Counted from the first letter of the stretch, positions 20,606-30,067 are shown. The stretch: DNA of 64,000 nucleotides from Mycobacterium sp. (GCA_036263935.1 DATARY010000104.1:14961-78960), one strand, 5' to 3'. Numbers and translations are program-made. The notes: generated by a model from the letters alone, not told the origin.

Positions 20606-21993
20606 CCCGCCAACTCCTTCTTGAGCACCTTTCCCATCGCGTTGCGGGGCAGGCTGTCCACCCGCCTCACTTCCCGCGGCCGCTTGTGTACCGAAAGCTG
20701 CTGCGCCACAAAGTCGATCAATTCATCGGGCTCGGCGTCACCGACGACGAACGCCACGATCCGTTGCCCCAGATCATCGTCCGGCACACCCACGACGGCG
20801 ACTTCCCGCACACCGGGGTGTCCGAGCAGTGCGGTCTCCACCTCGCCGGCGCCGACCCGAAACCCGCCCGACTTGATCAGATCGACGGATTCACGGCCGA
20901 CGATGCGGTGCATGCCAGCGCCGTCGATCACCGCGACGTCGCCGGTGCGATACCAGCCGTCGGGGTCGAACGCCTCGGCGGAGGCGTCGGGCCGGTTCAG
21001 ATAGCTGTCGAACATGGTCGGGCCCCGAACCTGAAGCTGCCCAATGGTTTCACCGTCGTGTCGCATCGCCGCACCGTCGTCGTCGACGAGCCGCGTCTCG
21101 ATGCCGGTCAACGGAAGCCCCACCCAGCCCGGCCGCCGTTCGCCGTCGACCCGGGTGCTGATGGTGATCAGCGATTCGGTGCTGCCATACCGCTCGACCG
21201 CTTGGTGCCCGGTCAGCTCGGCCAGCTTGTCGAACACCGGCACCGGCAGCGGCGCGCTGCCCGATACGAGCAGGCGCGCCGACGCCAGCGCCCGCGACGC
21301 TTCGAGGTCGTCGGCGACTCGCGACCAGACCGTCGGGACCCCGAAGTACAGCGAGCCTCCTGCTGCCGCATACGCCGCCGGTGTCGGTTTCCCGGTGTGC
21401 ACGAACCGATTTCCGATCCGAAGCGACCCAAGCAGTCCGAGCACCAGCCCGTGCACGTGGTACAGCGGAAGCCCGTGCACAAGGGTGTCGTCCTGTGTCC
21501 ACTGCCAGGCCTCGGCAAGCATGTCGATGTCGGCGGCGATGGCCCCGCGGCTCACGACCGCTCCTTTGGGCGGCCCCGTGGTGCCCGAGGTGTAGATGAT
21601 CAGGGCGGTCGCTTCCGGCGGCGGCTCGGCGTAGCGGTGCCACGACCGCGCGTGCAAGCGCACAGGGATGTGCGGCAGGCCTTCGGTCACATCAGGCTTC
21701 TCCCCCAGCCATGCCTCGGCGCCTGAGTCGGTGACGATGTGACGGCGTTCGGCGGTGCCGATGTCCGCGGGCACAGGGACGACGGGCACGCCCGCGATCA
21801 GGCAGCCGGTGATGGCCAACACCGTTGCCGCGCTCGGGGTGGCCGGCACGGCGACGCGCCGGGCGCCGGCCACCCGTTCGGCGACCGACGTCGACGCGCC
21901 GACGAGGTCACTGCGGCTCAGCACGGCGCCGTCGATCCGTACCGCGTCGCCGATGTCGGCGACCATCGCGGCGTTCAGGGAGGCCAGCAGCAT
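20596..21993 (-). CDS. fadD36: Acyl-CoA synthetase (Rv1193-like)
   Basis: YTSGTTGPPKG, ERYGSTE, YRTGD, PRNAMGK; ATG 21993 follows TAACGT -10. Confidence 0.88.
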   Translation of the reverse strand: MLLASLNAAMVADIGDAVRIDGAVLSRSDLVGASTSVAERVAGARRVAVPATPSAATVLAITGCLIAGVPVVPVPADIGTAERRHIVTDSGAEAWLGEKPDVTEGLPHIPVRLHARSWHRYAEPPPEATALIIYTSGTTGPPKGAVVSRGAIAADIDMLAEAWQWTQDDTLVHGLPLYHVHGLVLGLLGSLRIGNRFVHTGKPTPAAYAAAGGSLYFGVPTVWSRVADDLEASRALASARLLVSGSAPLPVPVFDKLAELTGHQAVERYGSTESLITISTRVDGERRPGWVGLPLTGIETRLVDDDGAAMRHDGETIGQLQVRGPTMFDSYLNRPDASAEAFDPDGWYRTGDVAVIDGAGMHRIVGRESVDLIKSGGFRVGAGEVETALLGHPGVREVAVVGVPDDDLGQRIVAFVVGDAEPDELIDFVAQQLSVHKRPREVRRVDSLPRNAMGKVLKKELAGWH

Positions 21994-22036
21994 GACCGAG
22001 ACGTTACCGGGAACGCCGATCGGCATACTGGGCCCC

Positions 22037-22573
22037 GTGGAACGCATCGAGTGTCTGGCGTCGCGGGAGGTCTACCGAAACAGCTGGATGACGCTGCGCG
22101 AGGACGCCATCCGGCGGCCGGACGGCAGCAAGGGCATCTATGCCGTGGTCGACAAACCGACGTACGCGCTGGTGATTCCGCGCGACGGCGACCGGTTCCA
22201 CCTCGTCGAGCAGTTCCGCTATCCGCTCGGGCTGCGACGCTGGGAGTTTCCGCAGGGCACCGCGCCGGGCCGGGAACACGTCGAACCCAGTCGCCTCGCC
22301 GCCCGCGAACTGCACGAGGAGACCGGGCTGCGCGCTGCGTCGATGACCACGCTGGGGCAGCTCGATGTCGCGCCCGGCATGAGCAGCCAGCGAGGGTGGG
22401 TCTATCTGGCGACCGGCATCGCCGAGGGAGAGCACCAACGTGAGCACGAGGAGCAGGACATGCGCAGCGACTGGTTCACCCGCGCGCAGGTGGAGCGGAT
22501 GATCCGCGACGGCGAGATCACCGACGCGCAGTCGATCGCGGCGTGGGCGCTACTGCTGCTGTCCGAGCGCTAA
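22037..22573 (+). CDS. NUDIX hydrolase (ADP-ribose pyrophosphatase-like)
   Basis: VEQFRYP, WEFPQG, AARELHEETGL; CATACT-7nt-GTG. Confidence 0.88.
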   Translation: MERIECLASREVYRNSWMTLREDAIRRPDGSKGIYAVVDKPTYALVIPRDGDRFHLVEQFRYPLGLRRWEFPQGTAPGREHVEPSRLAARELHEETGLRAASMTTLGQLDVAPGMSSQRGWVYLATGIAEGEHQREHEEQDMRSDWFTRAQVERMIRDGEITDAQSIAAWALLLLSER

Positions 22574-22578
22574 CGCCG

Positions 22579-22632
22579 CGTGTAACGGCATGGCGGAGAA
22601 ACTCCCCGAATCGCGCCATGACGTTACGCACG
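22579..22632. repeat. Imperfect inverted repeat (REP-like/terminator hairpin)
   Basis: CGTGTAACGGCATGGCG ... CGCCATGACGTTACGCACG directly after NUDIX stop. Confidence 0.65.
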
Positions 22633-22635
22633 CCG

Positions 22636-22950
22636 ATGAGTTCCGCCCGCGCAGAAGAACCTCGACGGATACGGAGCGTCCCCGATCGAGTGGCAGCGGG
22701 TCCGCGACATGTGGCCTCCGAGATCACGCAGGCACCCGACACCGGCGGACCGAACCGGCAAACGCCGTGGCTGGTGACAATCAACCCCGGTACCTCACCT
22801 CACGTGACGCCGGCTGGCCGGCCAGCCGAAGGAGACGCCTTGACCGCCGAATACAGCGCGCCGTCGGCGGCCCCGCGGCCGTGCCACGTCTGCCGCATGA
22901 CCCGCGTTCGCCCCCGCCGAGCCGTACGGCGACAAAGTTCGAAATCATCC
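22636..22950 (+). pseudogene. Degraded pyridoxamine 5'-phosphate oxidase-like (split-barrel) gene
   Basis: Fragments in different frames: KNLDGYGASPIEWQRVRD; TQAPDTGGPNRQTPWLVTINPGTSPHVTP; GDALTAEYSAPSA; AEPYG. Confidence 0.7.
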
Positions 22951-22998
22951 GGATCTGGACCGCATACTGGCAGATCGTGATTCGGACATTGTGATGTT

Positions 22999-23046
22999 CG
23001 ACGTGCCCCACCGTTCGGCGGGACGGCTGGCCGACGTGCCCCACCG
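22999..23046. repeat. 15-bp exact direct repeat CGACGTGCCCCACCG x2
   Basis: Copies at 22999-23013 and 23032-23046. Confidence 0.85.
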
Positions 23047-23123
23047 CCAAACTGCCGAATTCGAGATACCGCGGTGTCGCTTACGCACGGTGTTGCGAAC
23101 CGAGCGAACCGACACTTGGCGCC

Positions 23124-24092
23124 TTAGTGCCTGCGCTCGGCCAACGCCCGTAGGAAGAACGTCAGGTTCGCCGGACGCTCGGCCAGCCTGCGCACGAAGT
23201 AGCCATACCACTGCGCGCCGAACGGCACGTAGACACGTACGTGGTTGCCCTCGTCAGCCAGCCGCCGCTGCTCGGCGTCGCGGATGCCATACAGCATTTG
23301 ATACTCGAAATCGTCCACGCCCCGGCCCGTCTCACGAGCCATCGCCGGCACCGCCACGATGATCTCGGGATCGTGTGAGGCCACCATCGGATAACCCGAT
23401 CCCCCCATCAGCACCTGCAGACAGCGCAGATAGGAGTCGGTGACGTCGTCGCGGTCGCGATACGCGACCGAGGCCGGCTCCTCGTAGGCGCCCTTGCACA
23501 ACCGGATCCGTGCCCCCGACGCCGCGAACTCCTCACAATCGCTCTGCGTGCGCTTCAAGTAGCTCTGCAAAACCGTTCCCAGCCAGTCGAAGTCGGCGCG
23601 CAGCTCCCGCACGATCGACAGCGTCGAGTCCGTCGTGGTGTGGTCCTCGGCGTCCACTGTGACCCACGCCCCGACCCGCTGTGCCCGCTCGCAGATCGTG
23701 TGGGCGTTCTCGAGCGCGATCTTCTCGCCGTCACGTGGCAGCGCCTGACCCAGTGCGGACAGTTTCAGCGAAACCTCCAGCGGCCGCGCCTTGCCCGACG
23801 CCTCGGTGCGCGCACCAAGCGCCTCGAGCAACGCCAGATAGGCGTCCACTGAGGTGTTGGCGGTGGCAATGTCGGTGACGTCCTCGCCAAGGTAATCGAT
23901 CGACACCAGCCGGCCCGAATACCGCAACTGCTCAACAGAGTGCAGCGCATCGGCCACCGTCTCACCCGGTACGAACCGGTGCACCACCTCGCGGGTCACC
24001 GGCAACCGCTCGGCGGTGCGGCGCAACCCCTCTTGTCGGCTCGCGGCCAGGATGACCGGGCGCGCCACCCGGTGGAACAGCTCCGCCATCAT
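23124..24092 (-). CDS. pruB: Proline dehydrogenase
   Basis: SIDYLGE, SLKLSALG, VDAED, RLCKGAY, ASHD, QMLYG, VYVPFG, RRLAERP. Confidence 0.95.
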   Translation of the reverse strand: MMAELFHRVARPVILAASRQEGLRRTAERLPVTREVVHRFVPGETVADALHSVEQLRYSGRLVSIDYLGEDVTDIATANTSVDAYLALLEALGARTEASGKARPLEVSLKLSALGQALPRDGEKIALENAHTICERAQRVGAWVTVDAEDHTTTDSTLSIVRELRADFDWLGTVLQSYLKRTQSDCEEFAASGARIRLCKGAYEEPASVAYRDRDDVTDSYLRCLQVLMGGSGYPMVASHDPEIIVAVPAMARETGRGVDDFEYQMLYGIRDAEQRRLADEGNHVRVYVPFGAQWYGYFVRRLAERPANLTFFLRALAERRH

Positions 24093-25720
24093 CGGATTCC
24101 CATGTGTGGGTAGTTGTGATCGGTCGGCGGGACGAACGTCTCCTTGATCGACCGTGCCGAGGTCCACCGCAGCAGGTTCAGCGCAGAACCCGCCTTGTCA
24201 TTGGTGCCCGACGCGCGCGAGCCACCGAATGGCTGCTGACCCACCACCGCGCCGGTGGGCTTGTCGTTGACATAGAAGTTGCCGGCCGCGTGCCGCAGCC
24301 GCCGCTCGGCCTGCAGCACCGCCGAACGCTCGTCGGCGATCACCGCGCCGGTCAGCGCGTACTTCGCGCCGGCGTCGACGACGTCGAGAATGCGGTCGTA
24401 GTCCTCGTCCGGATAGACGTGCACCGACAGGATGGGGCCGAAGTACTCGGTGCAGAACGCCTCGTCCGTCGGGTCGTCGGACAGCAACACCGTCGGCCGG
24501 ACGAAATAGCCTTCGCTGTCGTCGTATTCGCCGCCGACCGCGATCGTCACATGCGCGGCGCTCTTAGCCCGCTCGATCGCCTTGACGTTCTTGGCGAATG
24601 CCCGCTCGTCGATGAGCGCACCGCCGTAGTTGGTCAGGTCGGTGACGTCACCGTAGCGCAACGCCTCGGTGGCGCCGAGGAACTCGTCGCCCATCTGCTG
24701 CCACACCGAGCGCGGGATGAACGCCCGCGAGGCCGCCGAGCATTTCTGGCCCTGATAGTCGAATGCGCCGCGAATCAGCGCGGTGCGCAACACGTCTGTC
24801 CGCGCCGACGCATGCGCGAGCACGAAATCCTTGCCGCCGGTCTCGCCGACCAACCGCGGGTAGGTGCGGTAGCGGTCGATATTGGTACCGACCTCGCGCC
24901 ACAGGTGCTGGAATGTCGTGGTCGACCCGGTGAAGTGAATGCCCGCCAGCCGCGGATCCGCCAATGCCACATCGGAAACTGCGATGCCGTCCCCGGCAAG
25001 CAGGTTGATCACACCCGGCGGCAGCCCGGCGGCCTCCAGCAGCTGCATGGTCAGGTAGGCCGCGAACGTTTGGGTGGGCGACGGCTTCCACACCACGGTA
25101 TTGCCCATCAGCGCGGGCGCGGTGGGCAGGTTGCCCGCGATCGCGGTGAAGTTGAACGGCGTGATCGCATAGACGAATCCCTCCAGCGGCCGGTAGTCCG
25201 TGCGGTTCCACACGCCGCGGGTGCTGATCGGCTGCTGCGCGAGGATTTGGCGCGCGAACCCGACGTTGAACCGCCAGAAGTCGATGAGCTCACACGCCGA
25301 GTCGATCTCCGCCTGATATGCGGTCTTGGACTGGCCCAGCATCGTTGCCGCGGCGACCTTCTCCCGCCACGGCCCGGCCATCAGATCGGCCGCGCGCAAG
25401 AACACCGCCGCGCGTTCGTCGAACGGGGTGGCTTCCCAGTCGGCCTTGGCGGTCATGGCAGCCTCGATGGCCGCGGTCGCGTCGGAGTGTTCGGCGTTGG
25501 TCAGCGTGCCGAGCCGGGCGGAGTGGCGGTGCGGCTGGACCACGTCGATGCGTGTGCCGCCGCCGATGCGGTGACTGCCGCCGATGACGTGCGGCAGGTC
25601 GATCGGGTCCTTGGCGAGTGACTCGAGCTGTTCGACGAGCCGGGTGCGTTCACCCGAACCAGGTGCGTATTCGTGGACCGGCTCGTTGGCCGGAAAGGGC
25701 ACGTCGGTGATGGCGTCCAT
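24089..25720 (-). CDS. pruA: L-glutamate gamma-semialdehyde (P5C) dehydrogenase
   Basis: TPFNF, FTGS, GETGGKD, YQGQKCSA, EYFGP, QPFGGSRASGTNDK. Confidence 0.95.
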   Translation of the reverse strand: MDAITDVPFPANEPVHEYAPGSGERTRLVEQLESLAKDPIDLPHVIGGSHRIGGGTRIDVVQPHRHSARLGTLTNAEHSDATAAIEAAMTAKADWEATPFDERAAVFLRAADLMAGPWREKVAAATMLGQSKTAYQAEIDSACELIDFWRFNVGFARQILAQQPISTRGVWNRTDYRPLEGFVYAITPFNFTAIAGNLPTAPALMGNTVVWKPSPTQTFAAYLTMQLLEAAGLPPGVINLLAGDGIAVSDVALADPRLAGIHFTGSTTTFQHLWREVGTNIDRYRTYPRLVGETGGKDFVLAHASARTDVLRTALIRGAFDYQGQKCSAASRAFIPRSVWQQMGDEFLGATEALRYGDVTDLTNYGGALIDERAFAKNVKAIERAKSAAHVTIAVGGEYDDSEGYFVRPTVLLSDDPTDEAFCTEYFGPILSVHVYPDEDYDRILDVVDAGAKYALTGAVIADERSAVLQAERRLRHAAGNFYVNDKPTGAVVGQQPFGGSRASGTNDKAGSALNLLRWTSARSIKETFVPPTDHNYPHMGIR

Positions 25721-25754
25721 GCAGCAAGGATCCCCGCAATTCGACACGTAGCCG

Positions 25755-25802
25755 ATGGCGGATCCGACAAGGTGGCCGCACGTCTATAGTCGAATCGGAC
25801 AA
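25755..25802. promoter_or_regulatory. Putative PruC operator (paired ATC.GACAA motifs)
   Basis: GATCCGACAA (25761) and AATCGGACAA (25793) between divergent pruA and regulator. Confidence 0.4.
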
Positions 25803-25813
25803 AGGAGTGCTCG

Positions 25814-27448
25814 ATGGCGGTGCAGACGGCCGGGTTGGGCCTCGGACAGCTGTTGTTGGCCCTGGACCGCACGATGGTCACCCTGGTCGAGGCGCCGCGG
25901 GGGCTGGACATGCCGGTGGGCTCGGTGGCGCTCGTTGACGCCGACGACGTTCGCCTGGGCCTCGCGGTCGGGCCCGGCTCCGCGGATCTATTCTTCTTGC
26001 TCGGCGTGTCCGACGCGGAGGCGGTCCGCTGGATTCAGCAGCAGGACCGCGCCGGCAGAATGTCGCCGCCCCAGCGCCTCCGACCACCCGCTGCAATCTT
26101 CGTCAAGGAGCCCTCAGCGGCCGCGGTCAAACGGGCCGTCGCGCTCGGCACGGCCGTCGTGGCCGTCGAGCCACGGGCGCGCTGGGAGCTCCTCTACAAG
26201 CTGGTCAACCACGCCTTCGAGCACCACGGCGACCGCGGCGATCCGCTCTACGACTCGGGCACCGATCTGTTCGGCCTCGCCCAGTCCATCGCCGACCGCA
26301 CCCACGGGATGATCAGCATCGAAGACGAAAGTTCGCACGTGCTGGCCTATTCCGCGTCCAGCGACGAGGCTGATGAATTGCGCCGGCTGACGATCCTCGG
26401 CCGTGCGGGGCCGCCCGAGCATCTGGAATGGATCGGCCAGTGGGGCATCTTCGACGCGCTGCGCGCGAGCGTCGACGTGGTCCGTGTTGCCGAGCGGCCG
26501 GAGTTCGGCCTGCGGCCGCGATTGGCGGCCGGCATCCACCTGCCGGCGACCGGCGCCCGCCGCCCACCCGGTTTCGCAGGCACCATCTGGCTGCAGCAGG
26601 GATCGGCACCGCTGGCCGACGACGTCGAGGACATCCTGCGCGGCGGCGCGGTGCTGGCCGCCCGGATCATGTCGCGGCTGGCGGCCGCGCCGTCGACGCA
26701 TGCGGTGCGGGTGCAGGAAGTGCTCGGCCTCGACGCCGCGGCGGCGACAGCGGGCCCAGGCGAGCAGCCGGACGTCGGCGCCATCGCGCGCGAACTCGGC
26801 ATCGCCGCGGACGGCCCTGCGGCGCTGATCGGGTTCCGCGCAGTCGACACGCAAGCGCCCGCCGATGTGATCGCGTTGAGCGCCAGCGCCTTTCGCGCCG
26901 ATGCCCAAGTGGCGTCGACCGGCGACCGCGTGTACGTGCTACTGCCCAAGACGGGCACGCCGTCGTCGGTGAGGTCATGGGTACGGGGCGTCGTTGCCGC
27001 GCTGCGCCGCGAACTCGACCTGACGCTTCGTGCGGTCATCGCCGCCCCGGTGGCCGGATTGGCCGGCGCCCCGGCCGCCCGCGTCGAGGTGGACCGCGTG
27101 TTCGACAGCGCCGAACGCCACCCGGGCGCCATCGGGCAGGTCACCTCGCTCGACGAGGCGCGCACCACCGTGCTCCTGGACGCGATCGTGTCGCAGGTGG
27201 CGGGGCATCCGCGGCTGGTCGACCCGCGGATCCCGCGGCTTCGTGAACAACACCCGATGCTGGCGGAGACGCTGCAGGCTTATCTCGACGGGTTCGGCGA
27301 TATCGCTGCGGTGGCGCACCGGCTGCACGTCCACCCGAATACTGTGCGCTACCGGGTGCGCCGGATCGAGAAGCTGTTATCGACGTCGCTGGACGATCCC
27401 GACGACCGGCTCGTGCTTGCGCTCGGCCTGCGCGCTACCGAACACTAA
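25814..27448 (+). CDS. pruC: PucR family transcriptional regulator
   Basis: C-terminal HTH LHVHPNTVRYRV; divergent from pruAB as for Rv1186c. Confidence 0.9.
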   Translation: MAVQTAGLGLGQLLLALDRTMVTLVEAPRGLDMPVGSVALVDADDVRLGLAVGPGSADLFFLLGVSDAEAVRWIQQQDRAGRMSPPQRLRPPAAIFVKEPSAAAVKRAVALGTAVVAVEPRARWELLYKLVNHAFEHHGDRGDPLYDSGTDLFGLAQSIADRTHGMISIEDESSHVLAYSASSDEADELRRLTILGRAGPPEHLEWIGQWGIFDALRASVDVVRVAERPEFGLRPRLAAGIHLPATGARRPPGFAGTIWLQQGSAPLADDVEDILRGGAVLAARIMSRLAAAPSTHAVRVQEVLGLDAAAATAGPGEQPDVGAIARELGIAADGPAALIGFRAVDTQAPADVIALSASAFRADAQVASTGDRVYVLLPKTGTPSSVRSWVRGVVAALRRELDLTLRAVIAAPVAGLAGAPAARVEVDRVFDSAERHPGAIGQVTSLDEARTTVLLDAIVSQVAGHPRLVDPRIPRLREQHPMLAETLQAYLDGFGDIAAVAHRLHVHPNTVRYRVRRIEKLLSTSLDDPDDRLVLALGLRATEH

Positions 27449-28521
27449 CCCGCAAGTCGTTGCACGGCAGCCGAAATCCGTTCGTCCGTCGCGGTCAATG
27501 CGATTCGCACATGATGTGATCCGCCCCGGCCGTAGAACTCGCCCGGCGCGACGAGAATGCCGCGCTGCGCCAGCCACGCCACGGTGTCACGGCACGGCTC
27601 GCCGCGGGTCGCCCATAGGTACAGCCCGGCCTCGGAGTGGTCAACGGTGAGCCCTGCCGACCGCAGCGCGGGCAGCAGCGCATCGCGTCGTTGCGCGTAT
27701 CGCTCGCGCTGGTCGCGTTCATGGCCGTCGTCGTCGAGCGCGGCGACCATGGCCGCCTGCACCGGTGTCGGCACCATCATTCCGGCGTGCTTGCGCACCG
27801 CGAGCAATTCGGCGACCACCGCCGAATCGCCCGCCACGAACCCCGCGCGATATCCCGCCAGCGACGAGCTCTTCGACAGCGAATGAACGGCCAGCAGCCC
27901 GGAGTGGTCGCCGTCGCTCACCGCGGGATGCAGCACCGAGACCGGCTCGGCGTCCCACCCCAGTCCGATATAGCACTCGTCGGATGCGATCAGCGCGCCG
28001 CGCTCGCGGGCCCACGCAACGACCTTGCGCAGGTGCTCGACGCCCAGCACCTTGCCGGTGGGGTTGCTGGGCGAGTTGAGGTACACCAGCGCCGCCGACT
28101 GCGGGCCCAGCTGGGTGAGCGAGTCCGCGCGGACCACCTGCGCGCCGGCCAACTGTGCGCCGACTTCGTATGTGGGATAGGCGAGTTCGGGCACCACCAC
28201 GACGTCCTCGGGGCCAAGGCCGCACAGGGTCGGCAACCACGCGATCAGTTCCTTGGTGCCGATCACCGGGAGTACGGCGCTGTCGGGCAGTCCAGTCACG
28301 CCGTGTCGGCGCTTCAGCGCCGCCCCAGCGGATGCCCGCAGCGCGGGAGTGCCGGCGGTGGTCGGATAACCGGGCGCGGCGCTGGCCGAGGCGAGGGCTT
28401 CCCTGATCAGCGGCGCCACCGGATCCACCGGCGTGCCCACCGACAGGTCGACGATGCCGTCGGGGTGCGACCGTGCGAGCGCGGTGACGTCGGCCAGGGT
28501 GTCCCAGGGGAACACCGGCAA
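27445..28521 (-). CDS. dapC: Succinyldiaminopimelate transaminase
   Basis: DLSVGTP, NSPSNPTG, SDECY, SLSKSSSLAGYRAG; start uncertain. Confidence 0.93.
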   Translation of the reverse strand: MPVFPWDTLADVTALARSHPDGIVDLSVGTPVDPVAPLIREALASASAAPGYPTTAGTPALRASAGAALKRRHGVTGLPDSAVLPVIGTKELIAWLPTLCGLGPEDVVVVPELAYPTYEVGAQLAGAQVVRADSLTQLGPQSAALVYLNSPSNPTGKVLGVEHLRKVVAWARERGALIASDECYIGLGWDAEPVSVLHPAVSDGDHSGLLAVHSLSKSSSLAGYRAGFVAGDSAVVAELLAVRKHAGMMVPTPVQAAMVAALDDDGHERDQRERYAQRRDALLPALRSAGLTVDHSEAGLYLWATRGEPCRDTVAWLAQRGILVAPGEFYGRGGSHHVRIALTATDERISAAVQRLAG

Positions 28522-28559
28522 TGACGCCGAGACGCGCCTCCGAAGCTCCGCGCGAGCCG

Positions 28560-28886
28560 TCAGGAGTCCTCACCCTGCGGCGGGAGGTCCTTGACCGACT
28601 GCGGATCGTTCTCCGTCAGCCCGACCTTCGACGCGCCGCCCGGCGACCCGAGCTCGGTGAAGAAGTCGGCGTTGATCTGCGTATATCCGCTCCACTGATC
28701 GGGCACATCGTCCTCGTAGTAGATGGCCTCGACAGGGCAGACCGGCTCGCAGGCGCCGCAGTCGACGCATTCGTCCGGGTGGATGTACAGCATGCGTTCG
28801 CCCTCGTAGATGCAATCGACAGGGCATTCTTCGATACACGCCTTGTCTTTGATGTCGACGCAGGGTTCGGCAATCGTGTACGTCAC
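28560..28886 (-). CDS. fdxC: 7Fe ferredoxin
   Basis: CVDIKDKACIEECPVDC and CVDCGACEPVCP. Confidence 0.96.
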   Translation of the reverse strand: MTYTIAEPCVDIKDKACIEECPVDCIYEGERMLYIHPDECVDCGACEPVCPVEAIYYEDDVPDQWSGYTQINADFFTELGSPGGASKVGLTENDPQSVKDLPPQGEDS

Positions 28887-29280
28887 GGAGTTCTCCTCAA
28901 GTCTCCTCGATCTACCTGTCCAGTGGCGCTGTCAGTTCTGGTAGGGCTCGCTGAGGTCGCTGTCAGTATCCCCGCAAGTATCCATGCGGCTACCTGGACG
29001 CTCGTCTCAGTGTGCCCTAAGTTGCGCGCCGTCTGGTTAAGGGTTGCGCGCGGTTACTGATACTAGTCGTCGCAGATACAAGTTGCCTAGTGGCCCACCC
29101 CTTCGGAAAATGCGTAGCCTCCTCGCGGCGTGTGACTCGCGTCACTCCCTCACCCAGAGTGTGAAGGCGTTCGAATGGGCCGAAATCGACATCCGGCGGG
29201 AAGGTCGACCGCGGGGTCACACGTTGCACCGGATATCAGTTGCTTAGCTTGCCTAAGCCATCCGGGAAAGAGTGGGAGAA

Positions 29281-29493
29281 ATGAAAAAGTTAACCCTTGG
29301 CCTGGCCAGTGTCGGCGCGTTCGCCGCGATCACCATCGGCCTGGCCGGACCTGCCATGGCGACGCCAGACTATGTCGTCCCTAGCCACGATGCCGTCTAC
29401 TCGACGCAGACTGGCGCCGCCAACGTTGTGCCCGTCGATTGCCATGTGCACGTGAACTACCAGGGTTCCGATGTCGATGTGAATTGGTGCTGA
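29281..29493 (+). CDS. Small secreted protein (70 aa) with C-terminal Cys pair
   Basis: GGGAG RBS; MKK-hydrophobic-AMA signal peptide; high GC3. Confidence 0.75.
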   Translation: MKKLTLGLASVGAFAAITIGLAGPAMATPDYVVPSHDAVYSTQTGAANVVPVDCHVHVNYQGSDVDVNWC

Positions 29494-29675
29494 GCCGATG
29501 AACAGCCCTGTGCGCTTGAGTGCACCGCAACAAGTCTGCTGAGCGCGGGCAGGAGTCCGTGCGCGGCCTCCAAGACGGGCCGCGCCGCAACGGCGCCAAG
29601 CCGCACATCATCCGTGGCTGCCGAGCTCGGCGCCAAGCGGGCGATCCGCAACGGCACCGAGCTGGCAGCGCGGCA

Positions 29676-30011
29676 CTAAGTGGCTGCCACCGCAGCGACA
29701 GTCGAGTAGACGCCGGGATGGGCGACCACGTGGAAGCGCGTCGCCGCTTCGCGAATGCTGGCCTGGAATTGCTCGTTCTGCGTCGCCGCCTGTAGTGCTT
29801 CGATGCTGTCCCACTCGGCCACGTTGACCAGTTGGTAGGACGAATCGGGTGAGAGAGCTCGGTGCAAATTGAACGAGCGGAATCCGGGTTGCGCCCGCAT
29901 GATTTCGCCGCGGTGCTTCCAGCCCTCGATGAAGTCATCGAGGTCGTCGGGATCGAGCTCGAACACGTTGATGAATGTGACAGGTCCGCTGTTGCCTCGT
30001 TCGGTCGCCAT
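29676..30011 (-). CDS. Antibiotic biosynthesis monooxygenase (ABM) family protein
   Basis: VTFINVF, MRAQPGF, LHRAL, LVNVAEWDS. Confidence 0.88.
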   Translation of the reverse strand: MATERGNSGPVTFINVFELDPDDLDDFIEGWKHRGEIMRAQPGFRSFNLHRALSPDSSYQLVNVAEWDSIEALQAATQNEQFQASIREAATRFHVVAHPGVYSTVAAVAAT

Positions 30012-30041
30012 GAAATTCGGTATACCCGTCGTTCTTGAACG

Positions 30042-30067
30042 GGAATGAATTCGGACTGTAGTCCGTT
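30042..30067 (+). promoter_or_regulatory. SigE/SigH-like promoter with embedded palindrome upstream of yceI
   Basis: GGAAT-N17-CGTT; CGGACT-GT-AGTCCG at 30052-30065. Confidence 0.5.

Noticed and set aside
29240-29260. Possible IdeR box
   Set aside because: Only the right half matches the 19-bp consensus; kept only as an unassigned palindrome
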